Shown: positions 35,701 through 43,460, numbered from the stretch's first letter. The stretch is DNA of 64,000 bases from Candidatus Micrarchaeota archaeon (GCA_041305345.1 JBFYLP010000002.1:151480-215479), one strand, 5' to 3'. The notes: a model not told the origin generated them from the sequence alone. Numbers and translations: made by a program.

Positions 35701-36890
35701 CGGCATCTACGGTAATAAGGAGCTATTCGGGAGCGTTTGGAATATCTGATCTCCATATTTACGACGAGGTTGGGAATCACGTGGGGTATGACTATGAAGC
35801 AGGCGGAGTAGTCTACGGAATTCCTGCAAAATGGTCAAGGAGCCCGATATCCGAAACAATAGAAATACCCGAAACGGGGGGCAAGGGCTATACGATAATG
35901 GTCGAGCTGCGCGATTTCGTCCCGGGCTACGGGGTCAAACATACTTTGGAGATCGAGGATTTGGCGGGAGTGGAGGAAGCTAGCGTGCTCGTAATGTCAG
36001 GGAAAATAAGCAGGTTTGCGGCTGCGGGAGGCGAAATTGAGCTTAATGCGATGGCTTACGAGGCAACGGGCCTCAGGCCTGCAGAGGGAGTTAGTGCGAC
36101 AATAAGCGACCTGAATGATAGCGAAGGCAACAGCCTTCAGCGGCTTTCACCGGACACCCATATATTCAGGCTTGGCGCAGGGGAACAATACCATTACGCC
36201 TTTATTTACAATATCAACGATAGTACGGAATTGGGAACGTACATAGGCACGCTGAACACCACTTTTGGCAACAGTTCGTCAATACAGGAGGTTGAATTGC
36301 ATATTGCCGGGATATGGGATGCGGACTTATCGATGCAAACGCCAAATCAGACCATTGGAATAAATGAAACCGCTACCCTAAGCATCCTGCTAGCTAATTC
36401 GGGGGGGCAACCTGTAAAAGGGGCGTTATTGAACGCGTTCACCAGCGATGAGGGGATTTTGAATATCGAACCGGGAATCCTAAAAACGGATGAATACGGA
36501 AGGTGCGAAGCGCAGATCACCGGGATCGCAGCTGGCAATGCGGTAATCAATTTAATGGATCTGGGGAACGCACATGACGAGTTGAACATCACAATCATCG
36601 AATCCTACGTCTGCGGAGATGCAAATGATGATGAAATCGTGAATATTCTGGATATCCTCTACTTAATTGATTATAAATTCAGGGGAGGGCCGGCGCCTAT
36701 TCCGGTTCTTTCCGGCGATGTGAACCTCGACGGCCTTGTAAACGTGCTCGATATCATCTACCTGATTGATTTTAAATTCAAGAATGGGCCAGCACCCTGC
36801 AGTGCCTCCTCCAGCGGAGGTGAGATGCAGATGAGTTATGAGCAGGTGGTGGAAGAGCTAAATTCCGCTTATAAGCCACCAAACCGATAA
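32754..36890 (+). CDS. 1378-aa secreted multidomain surface protein: right-handed beta-helix (PbH1-like) repeats, carboxypeptidase-regulatory-like domain, Big_2-like Ig domain, C-terminal type-I dockerin
   Basis: Signal peptide. NCNGHTISGSGEQGIRIEGASSTSIYGCAIS...NNYGILIRGGEYHNIGNN are beta-helix repeats. GYVTTVDGNPIPGAQVFLF...FDGHFQFEEVIPGTYFL is CarbopepD_reg-like. Two dockerin Ca-loops, DANDDEIVNILD...LYLIDYKF and DVNLDGLVNVLD...IYLIDFKF. Confidence 0.8.
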   Translation: MRIPYERAFLIFAFLLCAPALVLAKMPDKGITIAGELSEAVEMPTSANEVKTPINALPEHKLSGGVCGGYIPCSCGDTVIANALLSGDLLDCPGIGLYVNTSYVTINCNGHTISGSGEQGIRIEGASSTSIYGCAISHFTVGVETFDSNRITLQYNQFSHNNYGILIRGGEYHNIGNNEFTIMDGGMNIGMELYGPTHSNFHGNVLRNIPGWGIRAFDGSYNHFNNNIFVHVWNEAMDSECYSKEGDKYGEPNYWMGNTWSSYHYIEYDEDNHAYYSSNEGYPYYYSIPGEKGSKDYSPRQYAPSYTTYFSMNKAGPTTVCGNIRSYDNFFGRYVTQDNIDYGAYVIMNTGDQIPPQAQATYLSGGIWSYCIDFSSNYVPNGSYPIEVYINDAAPKVQYYSVTNTQVTLGGYVTTVDGNPIPGAQVFLFRKTNLNVPVASVTAFDGHFQFEEVIPGTYFLLAADGAFLNASKVSVQVTGLALEVAQNLTLIALTDTYRALSPMVRDLHINALNMDFDVTRIANSVTQQFKDDLDPDPAMTSAETLIDVFSPIVSVNTKWRNLGKLGKYFETGSIEVLGKAINKIANAWDFELMVLNGISSAEMVLLQNLMVQLQDDILNKNPTNFFFSPYYQQMLYRHDIVKTSFDAQLDNLIDPDFSREKAHDFVNQQKLSDKKIREFGMQGHYFVIPGGTVNRIRMGGIQQDYDYLSMKLQAYGVGDMTTSVGSLTANIGSVFLIRAKMFKAAKITEGVGFALDASDVIATFQTAKAGMEAMLYYSESVPRGWAKDLAAVNSQLNESVRFLTNEAKMPRYLHRDNIYVAEIEWIDKACDSQEEDICTYNVNSFGNSTEYAEISFNVENYVEDADITIVPTITITDNPDADTLFMLTPQRMVLAQGHGTTVDYDLPLSYLGAGKKQYLRLDIYYAGLYNDYIDMTFMVRDPMLEDRDFKAGRASSKGRHSLGFSLDEHMMNYTYIHNVTNGTASTVIRSYSGAFGISDLHIYDEVGNHVGYDYEAGGVVYGIPAKWSRSPISETIEIPETGGKGYTIMVELRDFVPGYGVKHTLEIEDLAGVEEASVLVMSGKISRFAAAGGEIELNAMAYEATGLRPAEGVSATISDLNDSEGNSLQRLSPDTHIFRLGAGEQYHYAFIYNINDSTELGTYIGTLNTTFGNSSSIQEVELHIAGIWDADLSMQTPNQTIGINETATLSILLANSGGQPVKGALLNAFTSDEGILNIEPGILKTDEYGRCEAQITGIAAGNAVINLMDLGNAHDELNITIIESYVCGDANDDEIVNILDILYLIDYKFRGGPAPIPVLSGDVNLDGLVNVLDIIYLIDFKFKNGPAPCSASSSGGEMQMSYEQVVEELNSAYKPPNR

Positions 36891-37058
36891 CCGCCTATTT
36901 TCCCAAAGCGAGCGGGGCTGCAGCCGGATTTGGGAAAATCAAGCGCACACGCGGATTGACGGATAAGGCAAGCAAAACAAACCCAATAATAACCCCCTGT
37001 CCCGGATTTTTCTTGATCAATTGAATTGTAGAAATTAAAAAACGGCAAAATCCGGAAT

Positions 37059-39095
37059 TTGCAGATAAGAAAATTATTCTGGCGGATTGTGGGCGGTCGA
37101 AAAAAAACCGTTTTTAAGCTTTTATACCTTATCCTTCCGATACGAATGATATTGCTTGCATTGTTTATCCTCACATCAATTCTGGTGGGGTATGCCCTGA
37201 CTGCTAAACTGCGGATTTTCGAGAGTGTCTTTGAAAGGTCTGCTGCTGCGGTGATAACAGGATTGTCCATATCGACACTTGTGTGCTTTGCAATCTCATT
37301 TGCGCTTAATTCGTTGTCCGATTCCTCAATCCTTTTAACGATCATTGCGAACATTTCAGCCGTGATCGTCCTCGTTAGGTACTTTGAGGTCAGGCTGGAT
37401 GAGCAGGTGCCTTTTCTTAGGGGAAAAATCGGCCTGCCGGAATATTCCGTTGCTGGAGTCTTCCTCCTACTCGCATATTTCAATTTCCTATCCCTCTATA
37501 CGGATGGGAACGGCAACGTCTGGGGAATTTCAAATACCTGGGCGGATTATGCGTTCCACGCGGGGATCATAAATTCTTTCGCGCTAAGGGACAATTTCCC
37601 GCCCATCTACCCGAATCTCGAGGGCGCGCAGATGCGCTATCCTTTCATCGTGGACTTCCTTTCCGCAATATTCGTCAAGGGCGGTGTTTCGCTGATAAAT
37701 TCGATGGTCATACCGAACCTGCTGCTGCTGTTCTGCCTGGTGGTGCTGGTGTTTGCGTTCCTGAAGAGGTTCACGAACTCAAGGGAACTTGCGGCGCTTG
37801 CGATGCTATTGTTTTTCCTCAATGGGAATTTGGGGTTCGTGCAGTTCTTCAATGATTACGGATCCGCGCCGGACAAGGCGGCATTCCTTGCGAAGCTGCC
37901 AAAAGCGTATTCATACCTTTCGGCACCGGCGGATAACCTGCAATTCATGAATCTGTCCTACTCGATTTTCATACCCCAAAGGGCGGCACTTATGGGCTTC
38001 CCGGTGGTGATGCTGGTGCTCATCTTGCTGCTAAGAATTCAAAGGAACGAGGCTTGGAGATGGGAGTACTTCCTTGCGGGGGTCCTTGCTGGATTGCTGC
38101 CGCTGATCCACGCAAGCTCTTTTGCAATTGCTGCAATTGCGTGCTGCTGGATTTTCCTCATCACGATCGTGAAGAAGCGAAGGATCGACAATAAGTGGCT
38201 GCTGTTCGCACTTCCATTCATACTGCTTGCAGTGCCCCAGCTTATTTTCATAAACGAACAGGGGAGGACGCCGGATTTCCTTGGTTTGCAGGTCGGATGG
38301 ATGAGCAAAGCGGGTGATTACGGGGATTTCATTCGGTTCTGGATCAACAATGTAGGGGTGATCCTGATTCTGGGGATGCTGGGCCTTGTGCTCCTAAGGC
38401 GGGAGCAAATCGCTTTCATGCTCCCGTTCCTAGCGCTCTTTGCTGCAGCCAACCTTATCAGGTTCCAGCCGTGGGAATGGGACAACATGAAGGTGTTCCT
38501 TTATTGGTTCCTCTTCAATTGCATTGCTGCGGCGTATTTCGTGAAGGCGATTTATGAGGGCGCAAGCGCATTTCCCAATGAGAGCAAATACCAAAGCCAG
38601 TATGGAAGGAATGCGTCTAGATTTTTCGGAGCCGCAGTGGTTTTCCTCGTATTATTTTTCTGCACATTTTCGGGCCTGCTTACGTTTGCCTATTGGAACA
38701 CGAGCGGCGCGATGCTCTGGAGCGTGGAGGACCAGAAGGTGGCAAAATTCATTTCGGAAAATACCATGAAGGATGCGGTTTTCCTGACTGCCGGGAAGCA
38801 CAACCACATCGCATACACCCTCGCAGGAAGGCAGATACTAGCGGGATACGATGGCCACCTATGGTCGCACGGTTTGGACTATTCGGAGCAGGCAAGCGAT
38901 GCTAGGCAAATCTATGCTACGGCTGATTCGAACCTCATTGAAAAATGGGGCATTGATTACGTCTATATTGGGCCGCAGGAAGTGAACGAGGAATGGCACG
39001 CGAATGTGAATGCATTTGCGAACAGCGCAAATTTCGAAGGGATTTATGAGAACAGGGTCAATTCGGTTGCGATTTTCAAATACGTCGGGAAATAG
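37059..39095 (+). CDS. polytopic membrane protein, putative GT-C-fold glycosyltransferase (PMT/ArnT/YfhO-like) with C-terminal extracytoplasmic domain
   Basis: 678 aa, >10 TM helices, then a soluble C-terminal ~170-aa domain (ISENTMKDAVFLTAG...YENRVNSVAIFKYV) homologous to the domain in 40531..41067. Confidence 0.45.
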   Translation: MQIRKLFWRIVGGRKKTVFKLLYLILPIRMILLALFILTSILVGYALTAKLRIFESVFERSAAAVITGLSISTLVCFAISFALNSLSDSSILLTIIANISAVIVLVRYFEVRLDEQVPFLRGKIGLPEYSVAGVFLLLAYFNFLSLYTDGNGNVWGISNTWADYAFHAGIINSFALRDNFPPIYPNLEGAQMRYPFIVDFLSAIFVKGGVSLINSMVIPNLLLLFCLVVLVFAFLKRFTNSRELAALAMLLFFLNGNLGFVQFFNDYGSAPDKAAFLAKLPKAYSYLSAPADNLQFMNLSYSIFIPQRAALMGFPVVMLVLILLLRIQRNEAWRWEYFLAGVLAGLLPLIHASSFAIAAIACCWIFLITIVKKRRIDNKWLLFALPFILLAVPQLIFINEQGRTPDFLGLQVGWMSKAGDYGDFIRFWINNVGVILILGMLGLVLLRREQIAFMLPFLALFAAANLIRFQPWEWDNMKVFLYWFLFNCIAAAYFVKAIYEGASAFPNESKYQSQYGRNASRFFGAAVVFLVLFFCTFSGLLTFAYWNTSGAMLWSVEDQKVAKFISENTMKDAVFLTAGKHNHIAYTLAGRQILAGYDGHLWSHGLDYSEQASDARQIYATADSNLIEKWGIDYVYIGPQEVNEEWHANVNAFANSANFEGIYENRVNSVAIFKYVGK

Positions 39096-39136
39096 GAAGA
39101 GAGGATGTGTTTGGCAATTTGCTAATTCGGCCCGTT

Positions 39137-40534
39137 CTACTCTTCCCTCTGCTTGTCGTGGAGATGCCTTAGGAATTCGTAGAGTGAAGTGGTGCCAAGC
39201 GCTGCAAGGAGTATTAAGGGCTGCTGGAGATAGACGAGGAAGCGGTCCATGAATACGCGTGGGCCCGGAATGGGGCCAAATGCGTCGTTTTTTACTGCAA
39301 GGAACCCTGCTGCAAACAGCGCGAATAGGAACAGGAAAGCGGTCTTCTCCGATTGCGTAAAGATCCTAGGGCCGTCAAAGAGCACCCGGGAAATTACTAC
39401 TCCTGCGAAGCCTGCAATTATGGAAATTACCATTATTTCTGACCCGGCGAACATTGGCATTGGGATCGATATCAGCGGCTGCGAACCATGGAAGGAAAAG
39501 TTATTGAGCACGAGGTAGGTGAGGAACGCCCCGGCGAGGAATGTAAGGAAGGTGCGTAGGCCCATCGCGTAAGTTTCGCTGATTCGGGGCAGATCCTCGA
39601 CCATCCGCTTGAAGAAATATGAAAAAACAACAAGGAGGCCGGCAAGGGAGAAGGCAACGACGAGTAGACCCGTCTTTAGGATGTAGGAATCCATGCTGAC
39701 GACGTTTCCCTCGTGGTTCTTGAACTGCGCAAGCTCGAATACGTTGAAATGGCCTATCATCACGAACTGCCAAACCAGATATGCAATTACAGCAAGGAAG
39801 GAGGATGCAACAGCTAGCTGGAGCACATCTGAATGGGCCTTTATGTCAAAGGATTTGCCAACCCAAACCCTCCAAACCATATGCAGGATGATGAACATTG
39901 CGTATGCGCCAAAACCTGCAACCAGGAACGCTGCGGCCTCCTGATGCGTCATCGTAACGATGAAGGATAGGAGAAGCGCGAGATCCCAGCGCTTGATGAA
40001 GAATGCGTGGAATGCAACTGGAAGCAGGATGAGGCCCATTGCCTGCGGGAGCGGCCTTACCGTATAAATGAGCAGTTCTCCTGGGAGCACTGAGAGGAAA
40101 GCGGCAAACACTCCGACGGATCCGTTGAAAAGCCTTTTCCCCAGGACGTAAAAACCAAGGGGCACCATCACCGAAAATAAAAGCACAAGGAACCGGCTCG
40201 CAAGGTCAAGCGACATTCCCGTAAGAAGGACAACGACGGCGAGAAGGATGCGGTAGGCGGGGATGTACAGGTTGGGCACACCTCCTCCATAGGAATAGTC
40301 TATTAGCGGGTAAGTTTCATGCTCGACAACGTGCCTTGCGCTTGCAACGTGGATCATCGTGTTGCCGTAGGTTGGCATATGCCATTCACGGAGCACCATC
40401 CAGTGGGTGTGGAGGGAGAGGATGATTGCAAATAAAAGCAGGAATGCTCCCTTGTGCGCAATTATGTATTTGAGCCCCGTTTTTGCATAATCAATGGGCT
40501 GCTTTTTTTGCGTCTCTCCTAGCATAAGAATCAC
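39137..40534 (-). CDS. polytopic membrane protein (GT-C-like / DUF2079-like), possibly translationally coupled to 40531..41067
   Basis: 465 aa, ~12 TM helices. 4-nt overlap with the upstream ORF on the same strand. Confidence 0.45.
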   Translation of the reverse strand: MILMLGETQKKQPIDYAKTGLKYIIAHKGAFLLLFAIILSLHTHWMVLREWHMPTYGNTMIHVASARHVVEHETYPLIDYSYGGGVPNLYIPAYRILLAVVVLLTGMSLDLASRFLVLLFSVMVPLGFYVLGKRLFNGSVGVFAAFLSVLPGELLIYTVRPLPQAMGLILLPVAFHAFFIKRWDLALLLSFIVTMTHQEAAAFLVAGFGAYAMFIILHMVWRVWVGKSFDIKAHSDVLQLAVASSFLAVIAYLVWQFVMIGHFNVFELAQFKNHEGNVVSMDSYILKTGLLVVAFSLAGLLVVFSYFFKRMVEDLPRISETYAMGLRTFLTFLAGAFLTYLVLNNFSFHGSQPLISIPMPMFAGSEIMVISIIAGFAGVVISRVLFDGPRIFTQSEKTAFLFLFALFAAGFLAVKNDAFGPIPGPRVFMDRFLVYLQQPLILLAALGTTSLYEFLRHLHDKQREE

Positions 40535-41067
40535 TTGACCCGATAAATCTCCATATCCCCTTCATCATACACCAGTTCAAAATATTGCGCGTTCCTAAGG
40601 GTGCTCCTCTCGACGGGCATCCATTCGAAGCCGGCGAACACTTGCCGGTTGGGTGCGAGCACGTACGCTGCGGAATACTTTTTTGCTATTTCGTATGCGC
40701 GCTTCGCATCCGTGGTTTTATAGAATTCGTTTATTTCGCCCATCCGCTCAACCACGTTGGGCACGATCGCCCAATCGCCGCCCTCGGTGCCCTCGCGCAG
40801 GGTTTCGCCCATCATATGCTCGCCTCCGAAGATGTCCGTAACGAATACTTCCCTTTCGGGCGTATTTTCCCTGATCCATTCCATCGTTCGCTCCTCCTCC
40901 TGCGTAATTACCGGCGACATCCACGCATCCGCCTGCCCTTTCGCCTTGTTCATGTCCTCGTTGTAATAAAATGCAATGCCCCCCGCTACTGCGAGGGAAA
41001 TGAGGTAGAATAGGAGAAGGATGCCGGTCCTTATGGGCGCACTAAGCAACAAATTGGCCATATCCAC
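40531..41067 (-). CDS. membrane-anchored protein with extracytoplasmic domain paralogous to C-terminal domain of 37059..39095
   Basis: N-terminal TM, then EWIRENTPEREVFVTDIFGGEHM...AQYFELVYDEGDMEIYRVK, which aligns with the C-terminus of the 678-aa protein. Confidence 0.45.
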   Translation of the reverse strand: MDMANLLLSAPIRTGILLLFYLISLAVAGGIAFYYNEDMNKAKGQADAWMSPVITQEEERTMEWIRENTPEREVFVTDIFGGEHMMGETLREGTEGGDWAIVPNVVERMGEINEFYKTTDAKRAYEIAKKYSAAYVLAPNRQVFAGFEWMPVERSTLRNAQYFELVYDEGDMEIYRVK

Positions 41068-41124
41068 AAACCCCCTTTCGCAATACTACCCCGCCAACCA
41101 TTAAAAAGCTTATTTTGGTGTTAG

Positions 41125-41679
41125 TTGGGGTGGATCCAAATGCGGCTTTTCCTCGCAATTGAGCTTCCGGAAGGGATTAGGGCGTGTCTGGGGAAGGTTC
41201 TAAAGGATCTGCGGAAGATGGGGCTGGAGGCATCCACCACGAAGGAAGAACAGCTGCACGTCACCTTGCTTTTTCTTGGCGATGTTGGTTATGAGGAGAA
41301 AAAAGGCATATTAGAAAATTGCCGTAGGATCGAATTCCCAAAGTTCGAAATTGCCATCCGCTCCCTTGGTTTCTTCCCTGATGAAAGAAGGATGCGGGTA
41401 TTATGGGCGGGCGCAAAAACCGCGAAAGGCGAATTGGAGGCGCTGCATTTTGAGGTGTGCAGGGCCCTTGGCAGGAAACCCGAGCAGGATTTCACGGGCC
41501 ACGTCACGCTGGCAAGAATAAAGGGGAAAAGGAATATTGGAGAATTAGTGAAAATGAAGGCGGGAAGACAAAATGAGGCTTTTGGGCAATTTATGCCGCA
41601 GCATTTCGTGCTGATGGAAAGCATCCTTACCCCCCACGGAGCGGAATATTCGGTTGTGGAAAGGTTTGGATTGAAATAG
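41125..41679 (+). CDS. thpR: RNA 2',3'-cyclic phosphodiesterase / 2'-5' RNA ligase (2H phosphoesterase, LigT/ThpR)
   Basis: Two HxT/S motifs: HVTLLFLG and HVTLARIK. Confidence 0.8.
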   Translation: MGWIQMRLFLAIELPEGIRACLGKVLKDLRKMGLEASTTKEEQLHVTLLFLGDVGYEEKKGILENCRRIEFPKFEIAIRSLGFFPDERRMRVLWAGAKTAKGELEALHFEVCRALGRKPEQDFTGHVTLARIKGKRNIGELVKMKAGRQNEAFGQFMPQHFVLMESILTPHGAEYSVVERFGLK

Positions 41680-41741
41680 GGTAAATGCGGGAATTTGGCG
41701 CAGGATGTGAAAGAAAATTGTGTGCATAAGTTGGGGATAAA

Positions 41742-42428
41742 ATGAATATAGCGATGCGGCTTTTCCGGCAGCTCTATTCCAAATTCGGCCCCCAGGGCTG
41801 GTGGCCAATTTATGATGGAAGGAGCAGAAGGATCGAATACCACAGGGGTAAAATGGCCCAATTGAATGAGGCCCAAATGCTTGAGATCGCAATCGGCGCC
41901 ATCCTTGCGCAGAACACGAATTGGGGGAATGCGGAAAATGCCGTTTTGGAACTGATAAAAAGGAAAAAAATGGATGTTGGGAAAATTTCAGGTATGAGTG
42001 AATCGGATTTGGGAAGAATCATCAAGTCAAGCGGGTATTTCAGGCAGAAGGCTTACAGGCTGAAAATGTTCTGTAAATATATTGTGGGGAAATATGGCGG
42101 CATTATTGGTAAAATGTATGACAACAAGGGAACTAGCGAATTGAGGTCCGAACTGCTCTTACTGCACGGCATCGGGCCGGAAACTGCCGACTCGATAATT
42201 CTGTATTCGGCGCAGAAACCCTCATTTGTGGTGGATGCGTACACTTTCAGGTTGAATGATAAGCTAAGGTTGGTGAAGCTGAAAGAGAAAAATCACCACA
42301 AGCGGTATGACGAGCTGAAAAAGTTTTTCGAGGACAGCCTGCCTCCCGATGTGCTTCTTTTTCAGGAATATCACGCGCTGATTGTGGAATGGGGAAAGCG
42401 GCGGCAGAAAGCAAGGGTTAAAAATTAG
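41742..42428 (+). CDS. HhH-GPD superfamily base-excision DNA glycosylase (endonuclease III-related)
   Basis: AILAQNTNWGNAENA...LLLLHGIGPETADSIILYS...VVDAYTFRL is the helix-hairpin-helix Gly/Pro-Asp signature. Confidence 0.7.
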   Translation: MNIAMRLFRQLYSKFGPQGWWPIYDGRSRRIEYHRGKMAQLNEAQMLEIAIGAILAQNTNWGNAENAVLELIKRKKMDVGKISGMSESDLGRIIKSSGYFRQKAYRLKMFCKYIVGKYGGIIGKMYDNKGTSELRSELLLLHGIGPETADSIILYSAQKPSFVVDAYTFRLNDKLRLVKLKEKNHHKRYDELKKFFEDSLPPDVLLFQEYHALIVEWGKRRQKARVKN

Positions 42429-42575
42429 GGGAAATAAAAGGGATAAGCCGGTTTTTCCCTAATTTCCCAATGGCCTTTCTTTTTTTAGGGGGCTTTTTTC
42501 ATTGGGGGAACCGGAAGGAGCATTGCTCTTTACGGCCGTGAAGAACTGCCGGTTCTTCCCGGATATAAAAGGTTT

Positions 42576-42794
42576 GCAGGGGTGGCGGAATCCGGTAACG
42601 CGCTAGACTCGAGATCTAGTTGGCCGCAAGGTCAGTATGGGTTCAAACCGCCTTGCTTTCTTTTAGAAAAAGAAAGCGATGGCGCCGCAAAGAAAACTAG
42701 GTTTGATTCGCGAATCAAAATGGTTCTTTGGCGCGGAGCCAACGCACCTTTCTTCTGAAGAAAGGGGCAAGGCGTGAAAATCCCATCCCCTGCG
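42576..42794 (+). tRNA. tRNA-Ser(CGA)-like gene interrupted in the T-loop by ~130 nt (candidate T-loop intron or split tRNA); exon 1 ~42576-42647, exon 2 ~42779-42794
   Basis: Exon 1: acceptor GCAGGGG, D-arm GCG/CGC with 11-nt loop containing GG, anticodon arm CUAGA-CUCGAGA-UCUAG (anticodon CGA), class-II variable arm GGCCGCAAGGUC, T-stem 5' AUGGG + UUCAAA. Exon 2: ...AAAAU-CCCAU (T-stem 3', 5/5 complementary) + CCCCUGC (acceptor 3', 7/7 complementary) + discriminator G at 42782-42794. Confidence 0.45.
42730..42794 (+). repeat. repeat copy R1 (~65 nt) carrying hairpin CCTTTCTTC-TGA-GAAGAAAGG and the tRNA 3'-exon-like end CCCATCCCCTGCG
   Basis: Direct repeat with R2. Conserved GGCG(C)GGAGCC...GGGGCAAGGC...CCATCCCCTGCG. 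Followed by an oligo-T run. Confidence 0.5.
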
Positions 42795-42814
42795 TTTTTT
42801 TATTTTGTTTTTTT

Positions 42815-42875
42815 GGCGGCGGAGCCTACGCCACCTTTTTGTTAAAAAGGGGGCAAGGCAAGACCATCCCCTGCG
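42815..42875 (+). repeat. repeat copy R2 (~61 nt), degenerate duplicate of R1 with compensatory hairpin CCTTTTT-GTT-AAAAAGG
   Basis: Same ends as R1. The hairpin stem is preserved by covarying changes. T-stem-like ACCAT gives 4/5 complementarity. Confidence 0.5.
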
Positions 42876-43047
42876 TTTCGTTCATTGAACATAATAAGGG
42901 ATATTTTGACATAGTTTAGCCGAATTGGGCTGATTTTTGCTTATTTTTTGTTTTCGGGCCGTATTTTCGTTCATTTTGCCGGAGTTTTTCGAATAAGAGA
43001 ATATTTATATATACCAAATAGCACTTAGCTATAACGTGGGGGGGAAC

Positions 43048-43341
43048 ATGGATGCTGAAATAGGGCTAGTTTACCAATTCGTAATGGTAGCAGCAGCCAT
43101 TTGGTTATTCGTCCATCTCACGTTTGGATTTGGAACGATTAGGGAAGCAATATTTCTTGGATTCCTGGGAATCATGATGCTCTTCCTGATGGAAGGTGCA
43201 AGCAGAATCGTTTTTTCAGTGGTTTTCATCGCAGGCGGGCTGCTAGCAATGCGGGCCTATAAGGTCGATATGAGGGCGGGAGCGATGTTCGTCCTTTGCG
43301 TTGCTGCAATCAGCCAATTCATGTTTCCCTTTGCCGAATGA
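43048..43341 (+). CDS. small 3-4-TM membrane protein, paralog A of a tandem triplicated family
   Basis: VAAAIWLFVHLTFGF...IAGGLLAMRAYKVD...VAAISQFMFPF resembles the two downstream ORFs. TATA-like ATTTATATATA lies ~40 nt upstream. Confidence 0.45.
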   Translation: MDAEIGLVYQFVMVAAAIWLFVHLTFGFGTIREAIFLGFLGIMMLFLMEGASRIVFSVVFIAGGLLAMRAYKVDMRAGAMFVLCVAAISQFMFPFAE

Positions 43342-43460
43342 TATGAATAAAATGCAAGTGACATCCATGGACAAAATAATGGTCCTGGCCCGCGGACCGA
43401 TTTTTGAATTGGGCGAGCCGTATTCCGGGGCGGCATGCTTCTTTGTTTGATGTGGTCGAT

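Noticed and set aside
36869-37483. 204-aa minus-strand ORF between the dockerin protein and the GT-C gene
   Set aside because: Overlaps the start of the well-supported 678-aa membrane protein. Basic, low-complexity translation.
42500-42565. CCGGAAGGAGCA resembles the SRP RNA helix-8 apex (CCGGAAGG[A/G]AGCA). With the flanking inverted repeat GGGAACCGG...CCGGTTCTTCCC it looked like part of a 7S/SRP RNA.
   Set aside because: One nucleotide short of the conserved motif, no Alu-domain or helix-5 partner in correct order, T-runs inside, and position and order inconsistent with an SRP RNA gene. More likely a terminator or regulatory hairpin after the HhH-GPD gene.
42562-42572. GATATAAAAGG TATA-like box as promoter of the tRNA-Ser(CGA)-like gene
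   Set aside because: Only ~5 nt upstream of tRNA position 1. Archaeal TATA boxes sit ~26 nt upstream of the start site, so if active it would start transcription inside the tRNA-like sequence. Kept as a caveat, not called.
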